A stretch of 64,000 nucleotides of DNA, taken from positions 6,274,202-6,338,201 of the forward strand of contig CM082588.2 of NCBI GenBank assembly GCA_040954595.2, given 5' to 3'. Under the pieces are notes generated by a model. It did not search any database. It saw only the letters and a program-made list of their open reading frames with translations, and was not told the origin of the DNA. This stretch comes from Balanoglossus misakiensis. Lineage: Eukaryota > Animalia > Hemichordata. Below, in pieces: positions 27,379 through 41,400 of the stretch (its first letter is position 1; the number at the start of each line of letters is the position of its first letter). The translations under genes were made by a program, and so were the position numbers.

Positions 27379-29608
27379 GTACCATGATATACTTTACTTG
27401 GCAACATTATGGAAAGATAAGGCAGCCTGTTACAATTCTGTCCCAATTGATCAATGTAAATGTTACATAAACGGGAAATACCGCCAAGTCAAAAGGCCAC
27501 ATTCCAAGAATAAATATAACCGAATGGTTAAAAGGAAAAATTAAATTAAGAGAAGTGTGCACGACTTCTGTGGGATCACTTAACTGTTGAGTCTACCGGC
27601 AAACTGATGTCAATATTAATCATATTAAAGAGCTATCAAAACTTAAAGTGGATAATTATTTCAACAGCGATGTTTCCGACTATCTTTATCTGCTGTTGTA
27701 GCCTGGTATATCTAGACCCCAGTGTGAAACAAATAAATTATTCCAAATCAAGGGTCCCCGACAAGGCCGGCGCTCAAGACATCAACATTTCAAAATCTCT
27801 CACTTGCCTTATCCGTACTACTGGTAGACTACATCCGCACTAACCCTAAGCTTTCCTAGGTGATCACGGAGGTGCCAGCTGTCTAACCAATTACCATGGT
27901 AACTTACAAAATGACACCTTCACTTCTACTGGTATTTAATTTAAATAGTCAGATTTCCCCCGAGGGATAAATGCCTAACAAGGGAAAGCTTAATTGAGAA
28001 AAATGTGCAGTTTTGATTGGTTAATCCTCTGCATATACATTCTGGGATTCTGAAATAAATCTGTATGGTTACATTCTAGAGAAGTTTTGTGAAGTTCAAA
28101 AGTTCAAAGCATCGAATATGCAAGATATAGAAAATTTAAAGATGATGTATCACATGATCAGCGGATGTTAGAAATTTTCCTGTGAGCCACAAACCATAGC
28201 CGTAATTGGTCAAAAAGTAAGAAAGTGTTTAGGAAAAGATGGCCAATTTCTTATATGGACAATATGAAATACCATAGAATTCCTTAAAATATTGGCCAAG
28301 GATAGTACATTTTGCAAATCATCAAAGATGATGACCACATCATACTGGCATCTAGCTGACATAAGAGGGCCTCCTTTCAGACAGTTATAGAGACAGCCTT
28401 CAATGCTCCATCGTTAGAGAAATTGCAACAGGCCGGCCACAAGCCAAGCCGCGTGGATCAGACGATCGATGCTACATCTCATCCAAAAGTGAAATGTTTG
28501 CTCTGGCACAAGCCCAGCATATCTGTCAATAAATCCCGTCCTCAGGACCAACAATGTCTGCCAAATAAATCATCAATTTTGGTTTCTCTTCAGAGAGTAT
28601 ACAAACGTTATCTGCTACTTCGCCCTCCGCTTAAAATTAACACTCGAAAGTTTACACAATTAGTATCATTTTTCACCCATCTACAAAAAGCAAAATGTTA
28701 TTTTTGATACTTCGGCATCTAGTCGAACAAGCTGTGAGGCCACGCAGATCACTGGCAGGGATCAATCTACTGACACAGCCATGCATATTTTTAAGTGCAG
28801 TCTCCTGATCTCTGCGGGTCACCTGAGCTCCACGAATACTCCCCACAGACTCACCAAGTAATGCCACATTCCCATGCATTTCAATAGCCAGATGGGCTGT
28901 TCCACCTGGGAATTGGGGGTTGGCTGGGTTACAAATCTGATTATTCCAGCATGCTTGCTGGCAGTGGGTATTCTGTTAGTATGTTTAGTGCAGTCGACCA
29001 CCGCCCAGTACTGGCTACCACACACATCACACATAACCATGCAAGGAAATTCTTTTTCAAAATGAAAAGTCACAAAACTTATACAGGCTAACCAGGAACT
29101 ATAGGCTGACCAATCTCAAATATAGAGACGTGTTCAGTTCTCTGAACCAAAGAATGTACACACAGTTAATTTTTAACTTTTTATTTTTTTTAAATAACTT
29201 CATAAATTATTGAATTTGATGTAAAAGTAGCAAAACTGGAATAGTTTCACCAACAGTCTCTGTAGTCTGATAAAGTTTCTGTTTTAAATTTTCGGCAATC
29301 ATCATGGAATTTGTTTAGTTCAGGAACATTTATCAAGGAAGTAATAAATCTGTAATTATAGCTCCTCTGCCATACCACTGCAAATGAATTGTGCATTTTG
29401 TTTGTTTTAGCTTGTCAAACAAAGTCTGGTTTTCAGAGTCTTTGAACCCTGAATTTTCTAGGCCAGACATTCAAGGAACAGATTCCAGACCGTGTTAAAG
29501 GTCCATTATCTGGAACTTGTTTACATTTCAGCTGGCTATTCTAGGTTTCTGGTTATCAAACATACAAGCATTATTGAACAAACTTGAACAGTAACCAGCA
29601 ATAACAGA

Positions 29609-29647
29609 AGGGGCCCAAGCGCCTGAGGGCGCTTGGGCCCCTAATAA
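29609..29647 (-). mobile_element. GC-rich hairpin resembling a Helentron-associated element end
   Basis: Perfect 15-bp stem AGGGGCCCAAGCGCC, 4-nt loop, starting within TTATTAG on the minus strand. Confidence 0.45.
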
Positions 29648-31412
29648 AGTGGTTGCCACCAGAATATGGCTGCCTCCATCAATACACAATATGAGCGTAT
29701 TAAACCCCAATGAAGGTCAAGTTAGTCATGCCTTGCCCGCAAAAACAGCTTTAAACTCAAAGTTCCAATTCTGTTCGATAAAATATCGAACAAATTTGGA
29801 AAGTATTTTGGGCAAGTAAAATGTTCTGTATGATGGGGCTTTAAACCATATAAAAATAGGAGAAAGTGTAATGTGCTAATTTAAAATCTATTTACAGTGA
29901 AGTAATTGTATATTCTACTGGTACTGCTTCAGGCCATCCATGATAAAAAGTAGACCGAATTCTACAAAACTCTCGGAAACAAATGAGCAAATGGAAAAGT
30001 TTTAGTTTGAAGCACTTTTTGAATCAATTCAATTGGTTTGCACAGATGACAAGCTAGAACATCCCACAACAGCACACAGTGTAGTTCATTTGCAGACTGC
30101 AAGAAAAACTGACGTGCAACTTGACATGGATTTCCAAGTTGACACTGCGGCGGTAAAACAAACATGAACATGACTTTGGGGCTGTCGCTGTCTGCAGTAA
30201 TGAGTTCCCCCTGTGCTGTATTTGGGAGATGAAGTTCCTGCTGCCAATTAGCATTGTGAATGAAGAAAACCTGAGACTCTTACAGAAGCTGAAAGTTTAA
30301 TGCACCATGCAGATGTCTTTACGCACAAATTGTTCGCATTTTTACAGCTAACACCGAACTCTGACACCAATGTGCTGCCGTTATGCCCCGACGTTACGCT
30401 TTTTACCACATGAAAGCCATAAAAATTGATCAAACTCTCATCACACACGCATTCTCCTCTCACACTCATCAACATCATCTCCAATCTTTTGGTACTTACA
30501 GTTATACACTACAAGATTCCTAAAGGCACACAAAATGTCCGCAATGAGCCAGCGACTAGCCACATACAGCAAGCACCGAAGATAGAAGCCTACTGTCTTT
30601 ATGCGAGATATGGGTCCCAACACAGAGAGTGGGCAAGTCAAAACAGCATCCCAAATGAACCAAGTCAGACTGTTGATATCTGTCAGTAGAGCCAGCTGCT
30701 GGCTACAAAATCAGGGGTCGACTGACAAGTCTTTACTCACATTGGGTCAACTTCACAGTGTGTCTCAATGGAATTTTCATTCAGCCTTCAGGCAAAATAT
30801 CTAGCAAAAGTTACATACAGATTCAGACAGGAACAAGTCAAGTATAAAACTGTATTTCAAAATCAAACCACTAGGTCGAACATTTCCAATTTTGACCCAA
30901 AAAACACAAATGTCTACTCTACACACAACCCCTGACTGACTGAAACCATAACACTCGCATTCCTCAGCAGATATTGGCTTACAGTTTGATAACTGCAAGT
31001 CGGGCACAGAGATAATCTTGTCAAGTTTCCTACAAGGGTTATCACGCTTCAGATAGTTTCCATCACACGGGTCACGGTGCGGTCCGCAAAAATCTGCCCG
31101 AGGGTCAGATTGGGCGACTTAAACATGACAGAGTTTCATTTTTGAGGGAAAAAATATACCGTCACTGACACGTTTCAGGAATATACCAGGGTAGGATTGG
31201 AAATATCCAGAAAAATGCTTACTGGGTTGATTTTGTGGGATGAAAGTAAGGCAACTGTCTAATTATCCAATCTATTAGAAAACAAAATTTTCCGCAAAAT
31301 GTATGGGATTGTTTCATTTTCCGTATTGCATTAAACTCTACATGTTGTAATCCAATCCAGGTAGAAACTTTTAGACAAAACTGGTGATGCACATTTCCCT
31401 TTAATTCAGTAA

Positions 31413-31512
31413 GGGAAGAACCATTTAATTTCTGTGGGGGTGGAGGATTTTTGGAAGAAGAAAAAATGTTGGCATATCCTCCACACACCCCAGAAATCAA
31501 ATGGTTCTCCCC
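31413..31512. mobile_element. PIF/Harbinger-like MITE
   Basis: 22-bp TIR (20/22 match) GGGAAGAACCATTTAATTTCTG; TAA on both flanks. Confidence 0.8.
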
Positions 31513-34500
31513 TAACCAGTATAATGGTGATGACATTCAGGGTGTTTGCTTATTTTGTGACAGTATGGGGTCCTGTTTGGAGTTCAGACAGCTAACTAAT
31601 CTAAATATACACTAAAAAATAAAAGCCCGAATTCTGGCAGGAATGACCGTAGAGTTCTGAGAAGAATAATGTTTCCATCTGGTGAGGATATCCCATGCAT
31701 GTATTTGGGTTTGGGGAATTGCCTGTTAATGTCATGAATGCTGTCGGTGGCTGGGTATTTGAGGTTGGCCATTGTTTGAGTGGTGGACTGTTTTTAGTAA
31801 GGTGATCGTGGGGTTTATTTTAGTTTTGTGCCGAGGACCAGGGCTCTGCCAACACCACAGACAAAGGAGTTACTGTTATTGATGGGTGGAGAGTTCTACT
31901 GGAAATAGCTTTGAAATCTGGGCTATATGTATGGGGGTCTGGTCCAAAAGTGACAAGACAAGTCAAAGTTAAATCAGTAATCTGACAGTTTAATGAAACA
32001 ACCCAACTGTAGAGAAACACAAAATCTGTCATTCCTAGAGTCTTTTGTGCAAAGTAAACTAAAATAAACAACTTTTCAAAGATCAAATTGGGCAATTTGG
32101 AAGACAAACAGTGCAGGTATTATCTTAATCTGTTTGAATAAAAAGGAAAGTAATTATTTTCCAGTTGGTATCTTTTGACCTGCTCCAGTACTTGTTTGTT
32201 TGTCTACCCAACAACAGACTTTTTTGACCTACATAAGCTGTAAAACCAAACCTAAGGTCAACCTTGGTTATTTTAACAACATCCCAACAGGAAACCATTT
32301 GTTTCTGTTAGAGGAAGCACTACAGACATGCACCAGAGAACTCTTACAAATTCTTTGAAAAGTTTAATTTTCAACTAACTTTTGGCTATTATTTACAAGC
32401 CAATGCTACTTGCACAAACATGAACACAGAGGGCGAACTTCTAATTTCTAGTCTGAGGTTTGTGACAGCAAATGCCCTCTAGTATATCCCCCTCTAGTGT
32501 TGACTTTGCAATTTCTTTAAAAAATTGACAAAGTTTCAAAACTTTTCAACTATCTTGTGAAATAAGTAGCTCAAAAATCCATGATGTTAAAGGTGTATTT
32601 AACATGACTAGGCTATACCGCAATACATTATAAACTGATGAAGCCTCCATTTGGTTTGTGTGGTAGAAATATATACTTTCAAAATGAAATTGGGTTGAAC
32701 ATATACATCAAACACTTAAAGTGGGTCATTCTTTGACTGTGAGCCATCTGACAGTACCCAACAAAAAAAGCCGGACAGAGGACCAACCAATTCCAAAATG
32801 AGTATTGGCTTTTTAATGACTTTGTTAACAGCAACCTACGTCTGAGAGATGACTTGTTTTGTAGCCCCGGCTGAATGGAACCTTTTCTTCGATCGCCAAC
32901 CTCAATAGCCTTAAAGTAGCACTCCCACACACTGCGGTCTTTCAGAGATCCCCTGATCGCATGACCTGTGGGTTCTTTCCCACCGCAATCCTGACAACAA
33001 CCGCCTTCCTTCATCGGCGATCTTCCAATCTCCCATCTGAGTCATTAACCAATTTTCAATCTCGCCATGAATGCCTTCTAAAAATTGAGCTGATTATTGA
33101 CTTCTTTTGTGCAGTAAATGGAACTACGTTGGGGGCGTCCAATTAAATAGAGAAAACCGCAATTCGCAATTCAATGAGACTTAACAAGTATTGCTTAGGG
33201 AAGTGAAATTTGGGAATCAAAAGAGGGAAATCTTCATGCTTGGTGCGCGTATAATGTATCAACTGTGATTTTGCCAATCCTTCTTTTCTCATTGGTTATT
33301 TGCAACATAACTGTTCATTTGAAATCAAAATCAACCAATGAAGAAACACTTCACAGGAAGCACCATTTCCATTGGTTAATTAAATCCTGTCTGTACCACT
33401 TCACAGCAAGTTACACCAATCAGCAATACAGACATAAAAAGACGCAGTACTATAGCCCTGTCATTGCCAATCCTTTGAGACCTGCTTCGGGCAAGAATTC
33501 CCATGAACCTAAGTGTTTCAGATTTCCGACAGAAGAAGACTTCTTTTTAACACAAAAGTGTCAGCCCTCTAGAAAAGGCTCTATGGGAAAGTGACCGTGC
33601 TTTATTGCACTTTTGATCGCCTTACAAGTTACACTCTGTACAGGGTGTCAAACCCCAGCCATCATCACTCGTAACATGGGTAGGGCGTTTTTAAGTGGGC
33701 GCACAAAGCGCTCACCCTAGGGGTACGAGCTCAACTCCAGACAATACAAAAGTCTTAAGTACTTTGACTTGAGAGTGGTGCGTGACACTAAGTACACTGA
33801 CACACTTGCAAGTGGTAAAAAATCCTTTACAAATCCAAGAAATTCTGGAGATACTCAACTGTCATCCATTTTTCTGTGCTATTTAACATACAAGATTTAG
33901 GAACACTTCTATCAGACTAGTGAAAAGGCAGAAAACCAAGCAAAAACAGACAGATTTTCAATGACACACAGACACTTTGTTAGTTTTTTTCAAGAAACCT
34001 ACCCTCGAGATGTTTCTCGCTAAAAATCATTAATCATTACTTTCTCAATGCAAACTGACAGCAACTATACATGTACCTCCTTGAGCATAATTTTATGTCC
34101 CAATATCCAAAAGAAGAAGTTTGTTTGCGTGACTCAGCACTGGTGTTCTCACAGAAAGAAAACTTGTCATATTTTCCTACGATTATAACCACATCTCACT
34201 TTATGTATAATTCACCACTTTCTTATATTATAACGATTGCATCTCATTATTGCAAGTCATAAATTATTTGTCTTATATTAATATCAGGAAGTGGTATGTA
34301 ACTCAATTAACGTCGACTTATTCTAGTACCGGTAATAACAACATCAATTTCCACAGAGACTTTAATTAACTAAAAAGAATTCTTTGAATATGAATGCAAT
34401 AAGCCCTAGGCGTTCACAGCCCTCGCTCCAAATGAAACCAAAGGTCATAGGTCAAAGGGCACTGAGCTGGGTCAGCCTTAGAACCGCCAGAGGGATTTCT

Positions 34501-35851
34501 ATTCAGGATCTCCCCTATTTGCATGCCTGCAACGTCAGGATACTGAAATATGTTCAAGTACCACCGCTAAATCACATTTTAAATGGCTTGAAACACACTG
34601 ATCGTATTTCCGTCACCATCTGCCAACCACCTGTTGCTGCAACTGAGCTGAGATTAACTCGTCTGACAGGAAATGTCACTTTCTTTAAAATTCAACTTCT
34701 CTTTTTCTCAAGCTCTTTCTGTTGACTGTATTTCAATCACAAGTATGTCACTTTTTCACGCGAATGGAAACAGGCTACGGTATTAAAACATTTTGAATTT
34801 ACCATCAAGAATCTTATTCTCTGTGGGCCTCTCTCGCATTACATCAAAGTCTAACCTTCCTACGCATCATCCATCTACCCTATTTTACCCTACAATGCCT
34901 TTTTTCTCTCCTTTCACACCTATAACGCGATTACGTTTCCATCCACTCTTCTGGTAAAGTGATGAAAGCAAGCTTTGCTGCAGGGCGAAAGGGTACCATT
35001 ATAAAATTACATTCTTGGCATGATCGAACATTTCTCTTAAATTACTCCAAGACCACATGCATCCATTTAAAAACTTTCTTGCACACGTCTGCAGAAAAAA
35101 ACTCTTCCTCATGACAAATTAGACTCTATGAAACAGTTTACACAATTTATGGCAACTATTATCGAAACAAGAAGTTGCAACATCAATCTTCTAGTTTTAC
35201 TTCATGTATTTTACACTAAAGCACACGGCAACCTGCATACAACTTGCAATCTATCATTATTTGTAATTTCAAGCTTGTAGTTTACATCTTAAATGACAGG
35301 GCTATTTGTTGGGCATTATTGTTTTAAAATTTCATCAGCTTAATTACTGTTCACCCTCTGAAACATGTCCGTTTTTATTGATGACACATCAGGTGCACCT
35401 GACAACCCCATGACTTAGCAATAAATCATGTTATCATAAAGCCAGGCTTGTTAAGTTCGGCCTTGGTGCTTACCAGTGTGTGAACTGACCTGAACTAACA
35501 CTCGTGCTGTATACTCCAGGTACTGGTAGTTTAGGGGCCTTGACTTTTACAACCCAACGCAAAATACTGAAAATTTAATTCACTTATTAGATGTCAAGGG
35601 CTCATTTTTTTGTCGCCATCAAAAATGGAATAAGATGATATACATTTTTGTTCTACAAGTTTAGATTTGCACTGGGCAGAGTGGGTCGGGCAATATGTCA
35701 GTCAACTTGTGGTCACCATTAACAGAGGGTTGTGCAGTCATGTATTACTATAGTGACAGAAATAAATTCCACACCATTGCATTGTGTTGGTTTTATAGCC
35801 TACACTCTTGCTTAATGGTGGAGGCTTTGTGAATCATTTATAGAAGGCAAT

Positions 35852-35936
35852 TTTCTTTCTTTCTTTCTTTCATTCATTCATTCATTCATTCATTCATTCA
35901 TTCATTCATTCATTCATTCATTCATTCATTCATTCA
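35852..35936. repeat. Compound (TTTC)n(ATTC)n microsatellite
   Basis: Directly visible. Confidence 0.97.
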
Positions 35937-38436
35937 AAGAAGTTGAAGTACATGTATCTGAAACTCGGACGTTTCTTCCAGCAATTGATATCTGTCAATA
36001 AACTTTATTTGTCTCTTCATGAAACTCTACTTTTAAAATTGAATCCCATTTTGTGGACAGCCAGTACATGTTTTATTTGTCAGGCCAATACAAATGTACC
36101 TCCACATGTTTGAATTAGCTGAGTGTAAATAGCATCACCAGCACTCAACATCAACTAAAGCCACCAGACATACTTGAATCAGTCTCTCACTGACGACCAA
36201 TAGAACTCTGATATTTCACCAAACTGAAAAGAGCCAACATACACACAGCTCAAACATTCAATAATGTCAAGAGGTTTGTACTATTAATGTACAACGTGCT
36301 TGACATATATCCATGCAGGATATAACACACACACAGATAAGAACCTTTTATTTCTTTGATAAAAGTCTATCTCGAGTGCTACAGGTGGACGTGTATTGGG
36401 CTCTCCCCTTGTCAAACACTGCATAGTTTGATGATGAATGTGATCGTAAATAAATACAGGTATACCACTTCACAAGTGTTTGACCTATTTTTTTAAACCC
36501 CTGAAGGTCAGGGACATAACTGATAGCATGAAAAGTGCCACCAGTTAAGAACTATTGTTAGAGACTTTATCTTTATCAGGCTGAACTCAGCTGTTAAGTA
36601 ATCGCTTGACACAGCTTAAGTCTTCTCAGGCAATCTACACATAAACGCTTCCACCAATTGCTTCCACATTATTCAACTCCAGACAGCACAGAGACAGATA
36701 TTTAATTGATGTTAATAAGATCAATTTGTGTTATCTATTCCCATCATGACTAGTCAACATACAGGTGTATGCACTTATAATATAAACAACAGTTACTGCA
36801 AGTCTTCTCACACTGTTGATAAGCAACAAAATTAATAGAACAGATTATTTCTGTAAAATATCGAAATTGCACCATCTGGCAAGCTACAGGTCTTTTTCTC
36901 ATTATCTGTATGTCAGTTGTCACATATGAATTGCTTGCATTTTAATGTTCAAAACAGTGAATCTGTTTATCAGATTAATGTGAACTTTCAAGTACCATAG
37001 TATCACAACTTTTCTTTTTATTTGACATTTTTAGTGATAATCTTCGTTCAGAAAGTGGATGGAACAGATTTAGATCCACCTTTGCACTGAACACGATTGC
37101 GCACGGTCATAAGTAGTAATTAGTCCCCCATAATGAGAGAAACAGGAGTGAAAAGGCAAAGGCTAGGATCATGATTGAGTACTGCTGTGAAGTTCCTTAC
37201 ACAATATATGAATCTGTTGGGAAATCCTCGGGACTACATTTAGCCACTTGGGAACACATTCACAAACAACTGAAACCGAAGGAATATGTTCCAACTGCAA
37301 CACCTCACTGATAGTTCAGACAGTCAAATCAAATTGAATATTCTCATAGAAAATTAAGCAATAACTCTTTTTAATTCTTTTAAATTAATTCAGACCTGAA
37401 ATTATCAATGAAAATTAAATTACTGAATCATGTAATGCATTATTCACTTTAGATGGCATAAACTACCAGCTTTGATAGTTATAAATCTTAATTGAACTTT
37501 GACCCTACAAAGATGTCTGACATCAGATTACTGATGGCCTAGACAAAATTACATCTGAAGTAAACATTACCATGGTGATCTTCCTGAGTCGTCCTCAGGT
37601 TTCAACCAGGTGGGTATACAGAATTTACAAGTCATGAGTATTTTATTACTGCCTCCGTCGGCGGCCTCAACATTTCCGTACGTGCCACACACATATTCAA
37701 AACACTCCTATTTGTTAGATACAGACAATTATTTCTAATACATCTTCATAAAGGCACATAAAATATGAAACACGCCACCTCAGCTAACATTCATTATTGG
37801 CATTCTTGTACAAGCCCTGCTGAAATAACTCATGAATATTTAAATTTTATGTAAATTTGTAATATAGTAGTAGATGGCTAAGATGTCTATTTCCTGTCAA
37901 GAGCCTAGGGTGTCAATACTTGATGAAATTACTTCCTGAACTGCTTGTATTCTGCCAAGGAGATTTGAAACATTTATTTTGTTCTACAGACAGGCACAAA
38001 AAGCTAGTATTAATCAGAAGTGTGTACTTCATTCCCCGGAGGTTTTAAACTCCCACTCCCTGCCTTCTCTATTAGCATTGTGCATCCGGCTTACTGTCAC
38101 TGGGTATAAAAACACGCCTTTGAGGTATACAAGAACGTCCTCCAAAATGGCTAATTCTTCTCTGTCTTGTGCAGGAACCGAACAGTATAAAAAACAGGAT
38201 GTAAAAGCACCTCTTGTCTTTTGAATAATAATGAACATCAAGCACATCTGTATAATTTTGCTAACTGTTGCTACTCCTCTCTCCCCTCTCCGAAAAAAAT
38301 AATCAGTGGTTCATTTTCCTGGCCATCATATTCCCCATCGTGCTTTCATATATACAGCAAACAATATGACTACACAAATGCAAAATCATGATGATAATGC
38401 CATAAATAAAATAATAATAAAGTATTGGCAAGATAA

Positions 38437-38495
38437 TCATCATCACCACTATAATTATCATCACCATCACATCAACATCATCATCATCATCAACA
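38437..38495. repeat. Degenerate (CAT)n repeat
   Basis: Directly visible; explains the His/Ile/Asp-rich ORFs. Confidence 0.8.
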
Positions 38496-41400
38496 TAAAA
38501 CACATGCACATATGCAACACCCACAACAAAATGTAACCTTTCATCACCCTACTGCATAATTTAACTTGTAACAACAACAGTACCCATGCCCCTAACCCTT
38601 TTCCAGACTTGTCAGGATTGACGAATGACAAATCATTCTTCCCGGATGACATGGTCCAGTTCATGCGGATTGCACGGCAGTTACACAGTCGGCCCGACGC
38701 CAGACACAGAGCAACCCTGTCGAGAATGTAATCACTCGGCCTACGAAGATTTTTCAGCTTGGCTACCTGAGGCAATTGAGCTTGAATAAATGGTGTTTTC
38801 TGCATTAAATGATAATTTAAACCCTGACAGAATCAACGCAGGAGTTTTCAGACTTTGCATGGATTCCTCGTTCTCTGTGCAATAAAGTGTGCTGTGGGGG
38901 GAATTCACTTTCAATATGGCTTCCAGTTATTGGAACATAACACCTCACTTAGCTACTTTTGAAGAATTAAATGCAAATGACATTTCACCATCAGCAGGTC
39001 GAACCATCCATTTAAATGAGTCGATTCTTCTATTCAAATATACTCCTTTGCATAATTGGATGATTTGCAATGTTCCAATCTCTAGTTACCGGGTAGTTTT
39101 CGCAAGATTTCATTTAGATGTGCGAGTATCTCTTCAGACGTCCATTCTTGTGAGGAAACAAACTCAAGAATCTGTCAAAAACTGCTGCAAATCATTACAA
39201 AATCACTACAAAAACTTCATAAGAGTGAGAGAATTCAGTCAGTAAATTATGGCGAAGGGATATTTTTGACTCAACTACAAATTAACCTTGACACTTCGAT
39301 GTGCATCCGTTGAATTTCAAGGTCCATCAACATTCATTTATGGACTTTGACTTAAAATGCTGCAGATAACCAAAACTGCACTTACTCCGCCAACAGACAT
39401 TATCAAGATCCGTCTTCACACAGCCTTTCAACATCATTCACTTCATACATTATGCACTCATCTCAATAAGCATTTTCAAGAGTCAAGGGTAGCTTTTGAA
39501 AAGCACATTTTGTATTCCATGAATTTCTGCTGCAGGGAAATTAGTTTGCTGAAGATCCTTCACATTTCTTGAAACAATTATGCGCTTAACCTTCAACCCT
39601 AATCACTTTTTGTCATTTGCATTATGAAAACAGATTCCCTGATTAAGACTGAACCTAAACTGTGACCATAATTGCCAGTTTTATCGACGTTTTGAGTTTG
39701 CAGGGAGAAACTAGGCGTTTTTGACGCCAAATAACAATTCACATCCAATGAAGCACCGCAAAAACGGTAACATCACCCACAAAATGATTTCGCCTTTATT
39801 TTTCATGTCCCATGTGGAACAGTCTCAGTCCCAGAGCTTGGAAAATTAGCATGGCTGACTGCTCTTTATCTTTAATGGTTTGATTTGATCAGTAAATAAA
39901 TCAGCAGACATGCTGCCTTCTCTGTCTGTGGTAAATTATATTATCTTCTGTACTATTTACACCGTGAACAGTTTAAGAACACTTTATGCGAGACTTTTGT
40001 TTGCAAACAAAATACACGTCAGTGTGTCTTGCAATAACTATCAATCAAGAACTTCTCTCCTTTGAAGGAATGTGGATGTATACCTTGTCTATTTTTTAGA
40101 CATATCAGAGACAAACTGCCACAAAAGGCTTGCAAAAATGAAGAATAGTATGTAAAAACCACTTGAACTTACAGTAACATCAGATTTCCGCTCCTGTCAT
40201 GCCTGTAACTATACTTTCTTCCGATTCTACTCCCCCCAAAGCATAGTGCATGACGCCCTGCTGGAAAGTTCAGGTGTTCACCCAAGTATCTCTCTATCCC
40301 AAATTTCATTCTGTAAAATTTCCTGACTGCCAAGAGCTAGTATTAAGCAAGGGGATAATACTCACTTGACAACTTTGTCCCGGACATGTTTGAACTTCTA
40401 ATGTACAGATTACCGATAATTCCCGGCCAAAATCATTTTTTTACACAGACGAAAACCACTTGGTTCTTGTCGCTTTATATTTATTACATCCTGTGTTCCA
40501 ACCTGTTCCCCCAAAAGGTTCAAATTTACATGACAAAGACCGTGACCTGAATTCTTTTGCACGGTTTACTTTTTGTGAAGAGACCGCATTCTCGGCGTCT
40601 AAGTCGCATTTAATTAAAATTTTTCTGGCTGAAATGAAACAGACTTGCGTTCACACTTTTCTCAACAAGTGTATTTAGTTCCATTTGAAGATTCAATTGC
40701 GATTCACTGCGACCGACAAGAAACTGTGACTTGATATTGGTGCATGTAGACGGATTTGTGAAAGTTGTCACCGGATATTAGTTTGACGTTTACATGTCTC
40801 TTCCGACACTGTGCGTCTCTGTATCCTAAACCAATCTCTACACGTTCTCCAAAGATGCATGTACACTGAACTCAGATTTTGTTTTAATATAAACAGTCGC
40901 TACTAGTCTAGATCACTTTATTTGGCAGCCATGTTTGCAGCCAAATATTGTATGATACACCAAATTACATTAAAATTACATAAATTCTCACATCAAATAA
41001 ATAAAATTGGATAATGTTTGTTGAAGTTACCAAAAAGATTGTCCAATTTTGCAACATTTTCGAACAAAACGATCTGAACAGGTGAATGGAAACCAGTGTG
41101 GTCGAATCACTCTCACAAAAATCTGCTCACTCTGAAACCCAGCATTCCAAATATTGATACTCAAGAATAAAACCCTTCTTTATCCCAAAAATCAACTCCT
41201 TCAGCCAAACAAAACAGCATTCCGCAATGCCAAACCGGTGCTCACGGGGCGCATATATTACTCCTGGTTTCGGCATGCATTCCAAACAACAGGTATGTGT
41301 GGACAAACTATATTGACATCACTCCTTGGACAAACACACTCACGTCACACACAAACACTGCAATGTCACACAAAACCCTGACTTTGCTCAATCGGGGACT

